DNA of 36,562 nt from Octopus sinensis. Lineage: Eukaryota. The translations under genes and the position numbers were made by a program. Positions 33,213-36,562 of this stretch are shown piece after piece (positions within the stretch are counted from its first letter, which is position 1; every line of letters begins with the position of its first letter). Below the pieces are notes generated by a model. The model worked only from the letters and a program-made list of their open reading frames with translations, had not been told where the DNA came from and did no database searches. The stretch covers positions 1 through 36,562 of the forward strand of contig NW_021824674.1 of assembly GCF_006345805.1 (NCBI RefSeq), written 5' to 3'.

Positions 33213-33307
33213 AATAACTTAAAACAATCCCAGAGACATTGGTAGCTGTTTATGTACGCAACAATTCCAGTAACTTCAGAGAACTGGCACTCCTAACTTG
33301 CATACAC

Positions 33308-33832
33308 GCACTGAGTTAGGATATATATGTTTCTTTATTACCCACAAGGGGCTAAACATAGAGGGGACAAACAAGGACAGACAAACGGATTAAGTCGATT
33401 ACATCGATCCCAGTGCGTAACTGGTACTTAATTTATCGACCTCGAAAGGATGAAAGGCAAAGTCGACCTCGGCGGAATTTGAACTCAGAATGTAACAGCA
33501 GACGAAATACGGCTATGCATTTCGTCCGGCGTGCTAACGGTTCTGCCTGCTCGCCGCCTTGCACTGAGTTAGGCTATATATGTTTCTTTATTACCCACAA
33601 GGGGCTAAACATAGAGGGGACAAACAAGGACAGACAAAGGGATTAAGTCGATTAGATCGACCCCAGTGCGTAACTGGTACTTAATTTATCGACCTCGAAA
33701 GAATGAAAAGCAAATGCGACCTAGGCGGAATTTGAACTCAGAATGTAACAGCAGACGAAATACGGCTACGCATTTCGTCCTGCGTGCTAACGGTTCTGCC
33801 AGCTCGCCGCCTTGCACCGAGTTAGGCTATAT
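33308..33832 (-). mobile_element. Two tandem SINE-B copies (period 253) separated by a triplicated ~20-bp flank
   Basis: gcac(t/c)gagttagg(a/c)tata at 33308, 33561 and 33814. Confidence 0.88.
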
Positions 33833-34289
33833 AATCCAAGCGTTTACCCCCATGAAGCACTTTTAGTGGTAGCAGCTATGAGAAAATTGAAAGAGAGTAG
33901 CTCCATTACGACGCTATGGCTCTGAAGATCCACAAGTTAACCAGATTTATCTCGGTTGTCGGAATCAATAAAATGTTCACACTTCGATATGCAGACAATA
34001 AGTATGCTAATCGAACAACGATTCATATCAGTGACTGCCTCGATACACTTGATGATAAAAGACAGACACCCGGCCATTTTATTTACACAGCTTTAATACA
34101 TACTTGTATTCCTTAGTCGAATTGTCAAGCTACAAAGCTACAACGGAGCCAATTATCTTACCGAATCCTTCTACACTCCTTTCATCTCTTTTACTCGCTC
34201 TATTCGTATGTTTCTTTTGAATGTACACGATTTCCAGGAACCGCGCATTGTAGAATGATTGTACTAATCGGCGTGATTGTCAAATCGAT

Positions 34290-34390
34290 CAGTATACATA
34301 CATACCATACATACATATATATATTATAATATTATATATAATATATATACAAATTTAGATATAAATACACACACAAACACACATATACAT

Positions 34391-34425
<35 letters not shown>

Positions 34426-34468
34426 CATGTAGATATAAGTACACACACAAACACACATATACATACAT

Positions 34469-34521
<53 letters not shown>

Positions 34522-34605
34522 GATATACATACACACACATATATACATATATATATACATGTATACACGCGCGCGCACACACACACACATATATATGTAT
34601 GTATG

Positions 34606-34637
<32 letters not shown>

Positions 34638-34735
34638 CATGTATGTATGTATGTATGTATGCATGTATGTATGTATGTATGTATGTAAGTATAAGTTCAT
34701 ATTCATGCATGTATGTGTGTACGCATGAGTTTGTG
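34290..34735. repeat. Compound (CA)/(TA)/(TATG) microsatellite
   Basis: Direct reading. Confidence 0.9.
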
Positions 34736-35330
34736 TATGTATACTCTGAGCACATCTAAACACATTATAACAAGCTGCTTCATTTTACCATTTTAGATAA
34801 TTTTTTTCTCCAATTATCAGCAAATTTAATCTGAAAATTTCTTTAATGCCCTTGCGAGTAATGATGGCGTAAAGTATGACAAGAAAAAAGATGCCATTTT
34901 AACTACTGCTTTGTTATTTCAAAGTTGTCGACTTGAAAATATTTGTCTGTGTTATTCTAATTAATTTCTGTGCACTGATCACTATGATTATTTTGGCCGA
35001 ATGCATTTTCATTCGGTGAACTATTTGTTTCTTTGTTTCTTTCTTTATTTCATTCATTCTTTCTTCCTTTCTTTCTTTCTTTCTTTCTTTCTTATTTACT
35101 TTTTTCACTAATGTATTTACTAATACAATTATTTATTATTTCCTTCTTGAAATATCATTTGCAACAAACCAGTACTTGACCAGCAAAATTAGGCGGCTGT
35201 TTACCGATATTTGAAATTTTTTCGGTTTCTAGAGAGGCGGAGGGTTATCGACCATCAGTTTGTTTTTTTTTTCTTTTTAGGGAATTAAAGATCAGTTGAA
35301 GGAATGAAGGAATGAGGGAAGTTTCTTCTT

Positions 35331-35724
35331 AGGTGATATAAGAGTGGCTGTGTGGTAAGTAGCTTGCTTACCAACCACATGGTTCCGGGTTCAGTCCCAC
35401 TGCGTGGCACCTTGGGCAAGTGTCTTCTGCTATAGCCTCGGGCCGACCAAAGTCTTGTTAGTGGATTTGGTAGTCGGAAACCGAAAGAAGCCCGTGTATA
35501 TATGTATATATATATATAGTTAATCCAAACATGAAAGTACAAAGATAAAACACAACAACGCGAGGACGTGGAACGAGTATAGTGTTATTGGACGCTTAGG
35601 AAAGGAAAGAAAGAAGGAGGATTTAACGTTTCGAGCGGAGCTCTTCGTCAGAAACATAGGAAAAGGAAAGATCAAGGAAGGGAAGACGGAGGAAAAAAAT
35701 CGCCAACGGTACACACGCGGTCAC

Positions 35725-35791
<67 letters not shown>

Positions 35792-36003
35792 GTGTATATG
35801 TTTGTTTGTCTGTGTTTGTCTCCACAACATCGCTGACAACCGATGCTGGTGTGCTTACATCCTCATAACTTAGCGGTTCGGCAAAAGAGACCGATAGAAT
35901 AAGTACTAGGCTTACAAACAATAAGTCCTGAGGTCGATTTGCTCGACTAAAGGCGGTGCTCTAGAATGGCCATAGTCAAATGACTGAAACAAGTAAAAGA
36001 GAG
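35331..36003 (+). mobile_element. SINE-A interrupted in its TA tract by a ~210-bp hammerhead-bearing insert (35519-35728)
   Basis: Head and body 35331-35518, foreign purine-rich insert, then (TA)n and SINE tail 35729-36003. Confidence 0.8.
35622..35654 (-). ncRNA. Minimal (Penelope-type) hammerhead motif with an intact core
   Basis: Minus strand: ttt-CTGACGA-a-gagc tcc gctc-GAAA-cgtT-aaa. aacgtt is palindromic. Helix I is only 3-4 bp. Confidence 0.65.
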
Positions 36004-36521
36004 TATATATGCTCCGAATGTCTGTGACTGAGTGACTTCCACCACCAAAAGCACCCATGGACCAACTGGTAGTCTTCCTAGCTTTGTAACAATGTGAGAA
36101 AAAAAATCATTATTATGAATGGTTTAATCTTTTCAGATAATTGAAACATTATTTAGAGGGGACAGTATTTTAATTAAGAAGAGTTTGAATATGACACTGA
36201 GTGTTTCTTTGTTCGAAATATGAAGAATTTTGTGCCCGACAGATCAAAAATTTGTCAAAAACGGGATTGGGGTTCTGTTATCAAAAATGAGGGGAAATAT
36301 CTTGATTAAATATTTCAGCTAAGACCAGAGAAATAGTTCTTTCTTCCTCATCTTGATATGTGACAACCTAATAATTTAGAAAACAATAATATATACTGTT
36401 GTGTCTGGGGAGAGTCATTTTCTTTTTGTGCCTTATTAAGTAACACACTCACGGTAAAATTTCCACTTATTTCTTATTTTTATTGTCCTAAAATTTTCGT
36501 TGGGTCTTGCAACCATTTCAA

Positions 36522-36562
36522 TACTCTTTTACTCTTTTACTCTTTTACTTGTTTCAGTCATT
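36522..36562 (-). mobile_element. SINE-A tail, cut by the window edge
   Basis: ctcttttac x3 then ttgtttcagtcatt. Confidence 0.8.

Overview
Eukaryotic, AT-rich, repeat-saturated DNA with no intact protein-coding gene that I can support. The long six-frame ORFs are translations of microsatellites or SINEs. The SINE families resemble those I know from octopus (coleoid cephalopod) genomes; that assignment is recognition, not a database result. Ordinary content: many tRNA-derived SINEs (labelled A, B, D and E here), microsatellites, three copies of a GG-terminated MITE carrying (CCCTAA)n, a dead Tc1-like DD37E transposon with long IR/DR-type inverted repeats, and two RTE-clade LINE 3' fragments. 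The main signal is RNA structure. A ~351-bp tandem array (2793-4310, ~4.3 units) carries one minimal type I hammerhead ribozyme (HHR) per unit, with a palindromic helix III. This is the architecture of non-LTR retrozymes, whose transcripts self-cleave into monomers that can circularise. A diverged solo copy at 22279-22485 shows compensatory changes in helix II, helix III, outer helix I and the catalytic 3-8 pair. Six further HHR or HHR-like motifs of other families occur: two in the arms of an inverted repeat, one inside a tRNA-headed SINE, one in an insert within a SINE, and two decayed. A hairpin module of the retrozyme is also shared with a tRNA-SINE 3' end. Activity, expression and novelty relative to Rfam, Dfam and the literature cannot be established from the sequence alone.
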